A stretch of DNA of 64,000 bases from Eledone cirrhosa (taxonomy: Eukaryota), in the NCBI GenBank assembly GCA_964016885.1, contig OZ024743.1, positions 100,998,001 to 101,062,000 of the forward strand. Reading direction: 5' to 3'. Under the pieces are notes generated by a model. That model was not told where the DNA came from and made no database searches. It was given only the letters and a program-made list of their open reading frames with translations. Shown here one piece after another: positions 14,519 through 28,160 of the stretch (position 1 is the first letter of the stretch; every line of letters starts with the position of its first letter). The translations under genes were made by a program, and so were the position numbers.

Positions 14519-17500
14519 CCCCACTCTTTCTATATATTCCCCACTCTTTCTATATATTCCTCACTCTTTCTAGATATTCCCCACTCTTTCTATATATTCA
14601 TCACTCATTCTATATATTGCTCACTTTTCCTACAATATATTCCTCACTCTTTCTATATATTCCCCACTCTTTCTATATCTTCCCCACTCTTTCTATATAT
14701 TCCTCACTGTTTCTATATACTCCCCACTCTTTCTATATATTCACCACTCTTTCTATATCTTCCTCACTCTTTCTATATATTCCTCACTCTTTCTATATAT
14801 TCCCCACTCTTTCTATATATTCCTCACTCTTTCTATATATTCCCCACTCTTTCTATATATTCCTCACTCTTTCTATATATTCCCCACTCTTTCTATATAT
14901 TCCTCACTCATTCTATATATGCCCCACTCTTTTTATATATTCCCCACTCTTTCTATATATTCGCGACTCTTTCTATATATTCCCCACTCTTTCTATATAT
15001 TCCTCACTCTTTCTATATATTCTCCACTCTTTCTATAATATATTCCTCACTCTTTCTATATATTCCCCACTCTTTCTATATATTCCCCACTCTTTCCATA
15101 TAGTCCCCACTCTTTCTATGTATTCCCCACTCTTTCTATATATTCCTCACTCATTCTATATATTCCCCACTCTTTCTATATATTCCCCACTCTTTCTATA
15201 TATTCCTCACTCTTTCTAGATATTCCCCACTCTTTCTATATATCCATCACTCATTCTATATATTCCTCACTTTTCCTACAATATATTCCTCACTCTTTCT
15301 ATATATTCCCCACTCTTTCTATATTTTCCCCACTCTTTCTATATATTCCTCACTGTTTCTATATCCTCCCCACTCTTTCTATATATTCATCACTCTTTCT
15401 ATATCTTCCTCACTCTTTCTATATATTCCTCACTCTTTCTATATATTCCCCACTCTTTCTATATCTTCCTCACTCTTTGTATATATTCCCCACTCTTTCT
15501 ATATATTCCTCACTCTTTCTATATATTCCCCACTCTTTTTATATATTCCCCACTCTTTGTATATATTAACCACTCTTTATATATATTCCTCCCTGTTTTT
15601 ATATATTCCCCACTCTTTTTATATCTTCCTCACTCTTTGTATATATTCCCCACTCTTTCTATATCTTCCTCACTCTTTGTATATATTCCCCACTCTTTCT
15701 ATATATTCCTCACTCTTTCTATATATTCCCCACTCTTTTTATATATTCCCCATTCTTTCTATATATTCCCCACTCTTTCTATATATTCCTCACTCTTTCT
15801 ATATATTCGTCACTCTTTCTATACATTCCTCACTCTTTCTATATATTCGTCACTTTTTCTATATATTCGTCACTCTTTCTATACATTCCTCACTCTTTCT
15901 ATATATTCCCCACTCTTTCTATATATTCCTCACTCTTTCTATATATTCCTCACTCTTTCTATATATTCGCCACTCTTTGTATATATTCCCGACTCTTTCT
16001 ATATATTCCTCACTCTTTCTATATATTCCTCACTCTTTCTATATATTCGCCACTCTTTCTATATATTCCCCACTCTTTCTATATATTCCCCACTCTTTTT
16101 ATATATTCACCACTCTTTCTATATATTCCCCACTCTTTCTATAATATATTCCACACTCTTTCTATATATTCCTCACTCTTTCTATAATATCTAACCTCAC
16201 TCTTTCTATATATTCCCCACTCTTTGTATATATTCCCCACGCTTTCTATATATTCCCCACTCTTTCTATATATTCCCCACTCTTTCTATATATTCCTCAC
16301 TCTTTCTATATATTCCTCACTCTATCTAGAATATCTTCCCCACACTTTCTATATATTCGCCACTATTTATATATATTCCTCACTCTTTCTATATATTCCC
16401 CACTCTTTCTATAATATGTTCCCCACTCTTTCTATATATCCCACTCTTTCTATACATTCCCCAATCTTTCTATATATTCCCCACTCTTTCTATATATTCC
16501 TCACTCTTTCTATATATTCCCCACTCTTTCTATAATATGTTCCCCACTCTTTCTATATATTCCCCACTCTTTCCATATAATCCCCACTCTTTTTATATAT
16601 TCCCCACTGATTCTATATATTCCCCACTTTTTCATTATATTCTCCACTCTTTCTATATATTCCTCACTCTTTCTATATATTCCCCACTCTTTCTATATAT
16701 ACCTCACTCTTTCTATATATTCCCCATTCTTTCTATATATTCCCCACTCTTTCTATAATATGTTCCCCACTCTTTCTATATATTCCCCACTCTTTCTATA
16801 TATTCTTCACTCTTTCTATATAATCCCCACTCTTTCTATAATATATTCCCCACTCTTTCTATATATTCCCCACTCTTTCTATATATTCCCCACTTTTTCT
16901 ATATGTTCCCCACTCTTTCTATATATTCCCCACTCTTTCTATACATTCCCCACTCTTTCTATATATTCTGCACTCTTTCTATATATTCCTCACTCCTTCT
17001 ATATATTCCCCACACTTTCTATATATTCCCCACTGTTTCTATATATTCCTCACTCTTTCTATAATATATTCCCCACTCTTTCTATATATTCCTCACTCTT
17101 TCTATAATATCTAACATCACTCTTTCTATATATTCCCCACTCTTCGTATATATTCCCCACTTTTTCTATATATTCCACACTCTTTCTATATATTCCCCAC
17201 TCTTTCTATATATTCCTCACTCTTTATATATATTCCTCACTCTATCTAGAATATCTTCCCCACACCTTCTATATATTCGCCACTATTTATATATATTCCC
17301 CACTCTTTCTATATATTCCCCACTCTTTCTATATATTCCCCACTCTTTCTATAATATGTTCCCCACTCTTTCTATATATCCCCACTCTTTCTATACATTC
17401 CACACTCTTTCTATATATTCCCCACTCTTTCTATATATTCCACACTCTTTCTATATATTCCCCACTCTTTCTATATATTCCTCACACTTTCTAGAATATC

Positions 17501-18190
17501 TTCCCCACACATTCTATATATTCCCCACTCTTTCTATATATTCCTCACTCTTTCTATATATTCCCCACTCTTTCTATAATATGTTCCCGAAACTTTCTAT
17601 ATATTCCCCACTGATTTTATATATTCCCCACTCTTTCTATATATTCCCCACTCTTCCTATAATATGTTCCCCACTCTTTCTATATATTCCCCACTCTTTC
17701 TATACATGCCCCACTTTTTTTATATATTCCTCACTCTTTCTATATATTCCACACTCTTTCTATATATTCCCACACTTTTTATATATTCCCCACTCTTTCT
17801 ATATGTTCCCCACTCTTTCTATATATTCCTCAATCTTTCTATATATTCCCAACTCTTTCTATATATTCCCCATTCTTCCTATATATTCCCCTCTCTTTCT
17901 ATAATATGTTCCCCAGTCTTTCTATATATTCCCCACTCTTTCTATATATTCCCCACTCTTTCTATATATTCCCCACTCTTTCTATGTATTCCTCACGCTT
18001 TCTATAATATATTACACACTCTTTCTATATATTCCCCACTCTTTGTATATATTCCCCACGCTTTCTATATATTCCCCACTCTTTCTATATATTCCCCACT
18101 CTTTCTATATATTCCTCACTCTTTCTATATATTCCTCACTCTATCTAGAATATCTTCCCCACACCTTCTATATATTCGCCACTATTTATA
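14519..18190. repeat. Higher-order block L1, copy 2 (223 bp longer than copy 1)
   Basis: Shares private variants with 1-3450: ttccatatagtcccc (~577/15095), ccccaatctt (~1941/16459), ccccactgattc (~2084/16602), ttacacact (3271/18012). Confidence 0.9.
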
Positions 18191-18899
18191 TATATTCCTC
18201 ACTCTTTCTATATATTCCCCACTCTTTCTATATATTCCCTATTCTTTCTATAATATATTCCCCACTCTTTCTATATATTCCCCACTCTTTTTATATATTC
18301 CCCACTCTCTCTATATATTCCTCACTCTTTCTATGATATATTCCCCAATCTTTCTATATATTCCCCACTCTTTCTATGTATTCCCACTCTTTCTATATAT
18401 TCCTCACTCATTCTATATATTCCCCACTCTTTCTATATCTTCCCCACTCTTTCTATATATTCCTCACTGTTTCTATATACTCCCCACTCTTTCTATATAT
18501 TCCCCACTCTTTCTATATATTCCTCACTCTTTCTATATATTCCCCACTCTTTCTATATATTCCTCACTCTTTCTATATATTCCCCACTCTTTCTATATAT
18601 TCCTCACTCATTCTATATATGCCCCACTCTTTTTATATATTCCCCACTCTTTCTATATATTCCCGACTCTTTCTATATATTCCCCACTCTTTCTATATAT
18701 TCCTCACTCTTTCTATATATTCTCCACTCTTTCTATAATATATTCCTCACTCTTTCTATATATTCCCCACTCTTTCTATATATTCCCCACTCTTTCTATA
18801 TATTCCTCACTCTTTCTAGATATTCCCCACTCTTTCTATATATTCCTCACTCTTTCTATATATTCCTCACTCTTTCTATATATTCCCCACTCTTTCTAT

Positions 18900-21800
18900 A
18901 ATATATTCCTCACTCTTTCTGTAATATATTCCCCACTCTTTCTATATATTCGCCACTCTTTCTATATATTCCCCACTCTTTCTATATATTCCCCACTCTT
19001 TCTATAATATGTCCCACACGCTTTCTATATATTCCCCACTCTTTCTATATATTCCCCTCTCTTTCTATATATTCCCCACTCTTTCTATATATTCCCCACT
19101 CTTTCTATATATTCCCCACTCTTTCTATAATATGTTCCCCACTCTTTCTATATATTCCCCACTCTTTCTATATATTCCTCACTCTTTCTATAATATATTC
19201 CCCACTCTTTTTATATATTCCCCTCTCTGTCTATATATTCCCCACTCTTTCTATATATTCCTCACTCTTTCTATATATACCTCACTCTTTATATATATTC
19301 CTCACTCTTTCTATATATTCACCACTCTTTCTATATATTCCTCACTCTTTCTATAATATATTGCCCACTCTTTCTATATATTCCTCACTCTTTCCATATA
19401 TTCCTCACTCTTTCTCTATATTCCCCACTCTTTCTATATATTCCTCACTCTTTCTTTAATATATTCCCCACACTTTCTATATATTCCTCATTCTTTCTAT
19501 ATATTCCTCACACTTTTTATATATTTCCCACTCTTTCTATATATTCCCCACTCTTTCTATATATTCCTCACTCTTTCTATATATTCCTCACTCTTTCTAT
19601 ATATTTCTCACTCTTTCTATATATTCCATATTCTTTCTATAATATATTCCCCACTCTTTCTATATATTCCCCACCCTTTTTATATATTCCCCACTCTCTC
19701 TATATATTCCTCACTCTTTCTATGATATATTCCCCATTCTTTCTATATATTCCCCACTCTTTCTATGTATTCCCCACTCTTTCTATATATTCCTCACTCA
19801 TTCTATATATTCCCCACTCTTTCTATATATTCCCCACTCTTTCTATATATTCCTCACTCTTTCTAGATATTCCCCACTCTTTCTATATATTCATCACTCA
19901 TTCTATATATTGCTCACTTTTCCTACAATATATTCCTCACTCTTTCTATATATTCCCCACTCTTTCTATATCTTCCCCACTCTTTCTATATATTCCTCAC
20001 TGTTTCTATATACTCCCCACTCTTTCTATATATTCACCACTCTTTCTATATCTTCCTCACTCTTTCTATATATTCCTCACTCTTTCTATATATTCCCCAC
20101 TCTTTCTATATATTCCTCACTCTTTCTATATATTCCCCACTCTTTCTATATATTCCTCACTCTTTCTATATATTCCCCACTCTTTCTATATATTCCTCAC
20201 TCATTCTATATATGCCCCACTCTTTTTATATATTCCCCACTCTTTCTATATATTCGCGACTCTTTCTATATATTCCCCACTCTTTCTATATATTCCTCAC
20301 TCTTTCTATATATTCTCCACTCTTTCTATAATATATTCCTCACTCTTTCTATATATTCCCCACTCTTTCTATATATTCCCCACTCTTTCTATATAGTCCC
20401 CACTCTTTCTATGTATTCCCCACTCTTTCTATATATTCCTCACTCATTCTATATATTCCCCACTCTTTCTATATATTCCCCACTCTTTCTATATATTCCT
20501 CACTCTTTCTAGATATTCCCCACTCTTTCTATATATCCATCACTCATTCTATATATTCCTCACTTTTCCTACAATATATTCCTCACTCTTTCTATATATT
20601 CCCCACTCTTTCTATATTTTCCCCACTCTTTCTATATATTCCTCACTGTTTCTATAATATGTTCCCCACTCTTTCTATATATTCGCCACTCTTTCTATAT
20701 ATTCCCCACTCTTTCTATATATTCCCCACTCTTTCTATAATATGTCCCACACGCTTTCTATATATTCCCCACTCTTTCTATATATTCCCCTCTCTTTCTA
20801 TATATTCCCCACTCTTTCTATATATTCCCCACTCTTTCTATATATTCCTCACACTTTCTTTAATATATTCCCCACACTTTCTATATATTCCTCATTCTTT
20901 CTATATATTCCTCACACTTTTTATATATTTCCCACTCTTTCTATATATTCCCCACTCTTTCTATATATTCCTCACTCTTTCTATATATTCCTCACTCTTT
21001 CTATATATTTCTCACTCTTTCTATATATTCCCTATTCTTTCTATAATATATTCCCCACTCTTTCTATATATTCCCCACTCTTTTTATATATTCCCCACTC
21101 TCTCTATATATTCCTCACTCTTTCTATGATATATTCCCCATTCTTTCTATATATTCCCCACTCTTTCTATGTATTCCCCACTCTTTCTATATATTCCTCA
21201 CTCATTCTATATATTCCCCACTCTTTCTATATATTCCCCACTCTTTCTATATATTCCTCACTCTTTCTAGATATTCCCCACTCTTTCTATATATTCATCA
21301 CTCATTCTATATATTGCTCACTTTTCCTACAATATATTCCTCACTCTTTCTATATATTCCCCACTCTTTCTATATCTTCCCCACTCTTTCTATATATTCC
21401 TCACTGTTTCTATATACTCCCCACTCTTTCTATATATTCACCACTCTTTCTATATCTTCCTCACTCTTTCTATATATTCCTCACTCTTTCTATATATTCC
21501 CCACTCTTTCTATATATTCCTCACTCTTTCTATATATTCCCCACTCTTTCTATAATATGTTCCCCACTCTTTCTATATATTCCCCACTCTTTCTATATAT
21601 TCCTCACTCATTCTATATATGCCCCACTCTTTTTATATATTCCCCACTCTTTCTATATATTCGCGACTCTTTCTATATATTCCCCACTCTTTCTATATAT
21701 TCCTCACTCTTTCTATATATTCTCCACTCTTTCTATAATATATTCCTCACTCTTTCTATATATTCCCCACTCTTTCTATATATTCCCCACTCTTTCTATA

Positions 21801-24800
21801 TAGTCCCCACTCTTTCTATGTATTCCCCACTCTTTCTATATATTCCTCACTCATTCTATATATTCCCCACTCTTTCTATATATTCCCCACTCTTTCTATA
21901 TATTCCTCACTCTTTCTAGATATTCCCCACTCTTTCTATATATCCATCACTCATTCTATATATTCCTCACTTTTCCTACAATATATTCCTCACTCTTTCT
22001 ATATATTCCCCACTCTTTCTATATTTTCCCCACTCTTTCTATATATTCCTCACTGTTTCTATATACTCCCCACTCTTTCTATATATTCATCACTCTTTCT
22101 ATATCTTCCTCACTCTTTCTATATATTCCTCACTCTTTCTATATATTCCCCACTCTTTCTATAATATGTCCCACACGCTTTCTATATATTCCCCACTCTT
22201 TCTATATATTCCCCTCTCTTTCTATATATTCCCCACTCTTTCTATATATTCCCCACTCTTTCTATATATTCCCCACTCTTTCTATAATATGTTCCCCACT
22301 CTTTCTATATATTCCCCACTCTTTCTATATATTCCTCACTCTTTCTATAATATATTCCCCACTCTTTTTATATATTCCCCTCTCTGTCTATATATTCCCC
22401 ACTCTTTCTATATATTCCTCACTCTTTCTATATATACCTCACTCTTTATATATATTCCTCACTCTTTCTATATATTCACCACTCTTTCTATATATTCCTC
22501 ACTCTTTCTATAATATATTGCCCACTCTTTCTATATATTACTCACTCTTTCCATATATTCCCCACTCTTTCTATATATTCCTCACTCTTTCTTTAATATA
22601 TTCCCCACACTTTCTATATATTCCTCATTCTTTCTATATATTCCTCATTCTTTCTATATATTCCTCACACTTTTTATATATTTCCCACTCTTTCTATATA
22701 TTCCCCACTCTTTCTATATATTCCTCACTCTTTCTATATATTCCTCACTCTTTCTATATATTTCTCACTCTTTCTATATATTCCCTATTCTTTCTATAAT
22801 ATATTCCCCACTCTTTCTATATATTCCCCACTCTTTTTATATATTCCCCAATCTCTCTATATATTCCTCACTCTTTCTATGATATATTCCCCATTCTTTC
22901 TATATATTCCCCACTCTTTCTATGTATTCCCCACTCTTTCTATATATTCCTCACTCATTCTATATATTCCCCACTCTTTCTATATATTCCCCACTCTTTC
23001 TATATATTCCTCACTCTTTCTAGATATTCCCCACTCTTTCTATATATTCATCACTCATTCTATATATTGCTCACTTTTCCTACAATATATTCCTCACTCT
23101 TTCTATATATTCCCCACTCTTTCTATATCTTCCCCACTCTTTCTATATATTCCTCACTGTTTCTATATACTCCCCACTCTTTCTATATATTCACCACTCT
23201 TTCTATATCTTCCTCACTCTTTCTATATATTCCTCACTCTTTCTATATATTCCCCACTCTTTCTATATATTCCTCACTCTTTCTATATATTCCTCACTCA
23301 TTCTATATATGCCCCACTCTTTTTATATATTCCCCACTCTTTCTATATATTCGCGACTCTTTCTATATATTCCCCACACTTTCTATATATTCCTCACTCT
23401 TTCTATATATTCTCCACTCTTTCTATAATATATTCCTCACTCTTTCTATATATTCCCCACTCTTTCTATATATTCCCCACTCTTTCTATATAGTCCCCAC
23501 TCTTTCTATGTATTCCCCACTCTTTCTATATATTCCTCACTCATTCTATATATTCCCCACTCTTTCTATATATTCCCCACTCTTTCTATATATTCCTCAC
23601 TCTTTCTAGATATTCCCCACTCTTTCTATATATCCATCACTCATTCTATATATTCCTCACTTTTCCTACAATATATTCCTCACTCTTTCTATATATTCCC
23701 CACTCTTTCTATATTTTCCCCACTCTTTCTATATATTCCTCACTGTTTCTATATACTCCCCACTCTTTCTATATATTCATCACTCTTTCTATATCTTCCT
23801 CACTCTTTCTATATATTCCTCACTCTTTCTATATATTCCCCACTCTTTCTATATATTCCCAACTCTTTCTATATATTCCTCACTCTTTCTATATATTCCC
23901 CACTCATTCTATATATTCCTCACTCTTTCTATATATTCCTCACTTTTTCTATATATTCCCCACTGTTTCTATAATATATTCCTCACTCTTTCTATATATT
24001 CCCCACTCCTTCTATATATTCCCCACTCTTACTATATATTCCCCACTCTTTCTATATATTCCCCACTCTTCGTATATATTGCCCACACTTTCTATATATT
24101 CCCCACTCTTTCTAAATATTCCCCACTCTCTCTATATATTTCTCACTCTTTCTATATATTCCTCATCTTTCTATATATTCCTCACTCTTTCTATATATTC
24201 CCCACTCTTTCTATATATTCCTCACTCATTCTATATATGCCCCACTCTTTTTATATATTCCCCACTCTTTCTATACATTCCCGACTCTTTCTATATATTC
24301 CCCACTCTTTCTATATATTCCTCACTCTTTCTATATATTCTCCACTCTTTCTATAATATATTCCTCACTCTTTCTATATATTCCCCACTCTTTCTATATA
24401 TTCCCCACTCTTTCTATATAGTCCCCACTCTTTCTATGTATTCCCCACTCTTTCTATATATTCCTCACCCATTCTATATATTCCCAACTCTTTCTATATA
24501 TTCCCCACTCTTTCTATATATTCCTCACTCTTTCTAGATATTCCCCACTCTTTCTATATATTCCTCACTCTTTCTATATATTCCCCACTCTTTCTATAAT
24601 ATATTCCTCACTCTTTCTGTAATATATTCCCCACTCTTTCTATATATTCGCCACTCTTTCTATATATTCCCCACTCTTTCTATATATTCCCCACTCTTTC
24701 TATAATATGTCCCACACGCTTTCTATATATTCCCCACTCTTTCTATATATTCCCCTCTCTTTCTATATATTCCCCACTCTTTCTATATATTCCCCACTCT

Positions 24801-27800
24801 TTCTATATATTCCCCACTCTTTCTATAATATGTTCCCCACTCTTTCTATATATTCCCCACTCTTTCTATATATTCCTCACTCTTTCTATAATATATTCCC
24901 CACTCTTTTTATATATTCCCCTCTCTGTCTATATATTCCCCACTCTTTCTATATATTCCCCACTCTTTCTATATATACCTCACTCTTTATATATATTCCT
25001 CACTCTTTCTATATATTCACCACTCTTTCTATATATTCCTCACTCTTTCTATAATATATTGCCCACTCTTTCTATATATTACTCACTCTTTCCATATATT
25101 CCTCACTCTTTCTCTATATTCCCCACTCTTTCTATATATTCCTCACCTTTTCTTTAATATATTCCCAACACTTTCTATATATTCCTCATTCTTTCTATAT
25201 ATTCCTCATTCTTTCTATATATTCCTCACACTTTTTATATATTTCCCACTCTTTCTATATATTCCCCACTCTTTCTATATATTCCTCACTCTTTCTATAT
25301 ATTCCTCACTCTTTCTATATATTTCTCACTCTTTCTATATATTCCCTATTCTTTCTATAATATATTCCCCACTCTTTCTATATATTCCCCACTCTTTTTA
25401 TATATTCCCCACTCTCTCTATATATTCCTCACTCTTTCTATGATATATTCCCCATTCTTTCTATATATTCCCCACTCTTTCTATGTATTCCCCACTCTTT
25501 CTATATATTCCTCACTCATTCTATATATTCCCCACTCTTTCTATATATTCCCCACTCTTTCTATATATTCCTCACTCTTTCTAGATATTCCCCACTCTTT
25601 CTATATATTCATCACTCATTCTATATATTGCTCACTTTTCCTACAATATATTCCTCACTCTTTCTATATATTCCCCACTCTTTCTATATCTTCCCCACTC
25701 TTTCTATATATTCCTCACTGTTTCTATATACTCCCCACTCTTTCTATATATTCACCACTCTTTCTATATCTTCCTCACTCTTTCTATATATTCCTCACTC
25801 TTTCTATATATTCTCCACTCTTTCTATATATTCCTCACTCTTTCTATATATTCCCCACTCTTTCTATATATTCCTCACTCTTTCTATATATTCCCCACTC
25901 TTTCTATATATTCCTCACTCATTCTCTATATGCCCCACTCTTTTTATATATTCCCCACTCTTTCTATATATTCGCGACTCTTTCTATATATTCCCCACTC
26001 TTTCTATATATTCCTCACTCTTTCTATATATTCTCCACTCTTTCTATAATATATTCCTCACTCTTTCTATATATTCCCCACTCTTTCTATATATTCCCCA
26101 CTATTTCTATATAGTCCCCACTCTTTCTATGTATTCCCCACTCTTTCTATATATTCCTCACTCATTCTATATATTCCCCACTCTTTCTATATATTCCCCA
26201 CTCTTTCTATATATTCCTCACTCTTTCTAGATATTCCCCACTCTTTCTATATATCCATCACTCATTCTATATATTCCTCACTTTTCCTACAATATATTCC
26301 TCACTCTTTCTATATATTCCCCACTCTTTCTATATTTTCCCCACTCTTTCTATATATTCCTCACTGTTTCTATATACTCCCCACTCTTTCTATATATTCA
26401 TCACTCTTTCTATATCTTCCTCACTCTTTCTATATATTCCTCACTCTTTCTATATATTCCCCACTCTTTCTATAATATGTCCCACACGCTTTCTATATAT
26501 TCCCCACTCTTTCTATATATTCCCCTCTCTTTCTATATATTCCCCACTCTTTCTATATATTCCCCACTCTTTCTATATATTCCCCACTCTTTCTATAATA
26601 TGTTCCCCACTCTTTCTATATATTCCCCACTCTTTCTATATATTCCTCACTCTTTCTATAATATATTCCCCACTCTTTTTATATATTCCCCTCTCTGTCT
26701 ATATATTCCCCACTCTTTCTATATATTCCTCACTCTTTCTATATATACCTCACTCTTTATATATATTCCTCACTCTTTCTATATATTCACCACTCTTTCT
26801 ATATATTCCTCACTCTTTCTATAATATATTGCCCACTCTTTCTATATATTACTCACTCTTTCCATATATTCCCCACTCTTTCTATATATTCCTCACTCTT
26901 TCTTTAATATATTCCCCACACTTTCTATATATTCCTCATTCTTTCTATATATTCCTCATTCTTTCTATATATTCCTCACACTTTTTATATATTTCCCACT
27001 CTTTCTATATATTCCCCACTCTTTCTATATATTCCTCACTCTTTCTATATATTCCTCACTCTTTCTATATATTTCTCACTCTTTCTATATATTCCCTATT
27101 CTTTCTATAATATATTCCCCACTCTTTCTATATATTCCCCACTCTTTTTATATATTCCCCACTCTCTCTATATATTCCTCACTCTTTCTATGATATATTC
27201 CCCATTCTTTCTATATATTCCCCACTCTTTCTATGTATTCCCCACTCTTTCTATATATTCCTCACTCATTCTATATATTCCCCACTCTTTCTATATATTC
27301 CCCACTCTTTCTATATATTCCTCACTCTTTCTAGATATTCCCCACTCTTTCTATATATTCATCACTCATTCTATATATTGCTCACTTTTCCTACAATATA
27401 TTCCTCACTCTTTCTATATATTCCCCACTCTTTCTATATCTTCCCCACTCTTTCTATATATTCCTCACTGTTTCTATATACTCCCCACTCTTTCTATATA
27501 TTCACCACTCTTTCTATATCTTCCTCACTCTTTCTATATATTCCTCACTCTTTCTATATATTCCCCACTCTTTCTATATATTCCTCACTCTTTCTATATA
27601 TTCCTCACTCATTCTATATATGCCCCACTCTTTTTATATATTCCCCACTCTTTCTATATATTCGCGACTCTTTCTATATATTCCCCACTCTTTCTATATA
27701 TTCCTCACTCTTTCTATATATTCTCCACTCTTTCTATAATATATTCCTCACTCTTTCTATATATTCCCCACTCTTTCTATATATTCCCCACTCTTTCTAT

Positions 27801-28160
27801 ATAGTCCCCACTCTTTCTATGTATTCCCCACTCTTTCTATATATTCCTCACTCATTCTATATATTCCCCACTCTTTCTATATATTCCCCACTCTTTCTAT
27901 ATATTCCTCACACTTTCTAGATATTCCCCACTCTTTCTATATATCCATCACTCATTCTATATATTCCTCACTTTTCCTACAATATATTCCTCACTCTTTC
28001 TATATATTCCCCACTCTTTCTATATTTTCCCCACTCTTTCTATATATTCCTCACTGTTTCTATATACTCCCCACTCTTTCTATATATTCATCACTCTTTC
28101 TATATCTTCCTCACTCTTTCTATATATTCCTCACTCTTTCTATATATTCCCCACTCTTTC
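18900..28160. repeat. Quasi-regular higher-order repeat region, ~1.4-1.77-kb units nested in a 4311-bp duplication
   Basis: Landmark ttgctcacttttcctacaat at 19910, 21314, 23067, 25628, 27378. Landmark atgtcccacacgc at 19009, 20742, 22166, 24707, 26477. ORF-track pairs at offset 4311: 22166/26477, 22518/26829, 22879/27190, 23067/27378. Confidence 0.88.
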
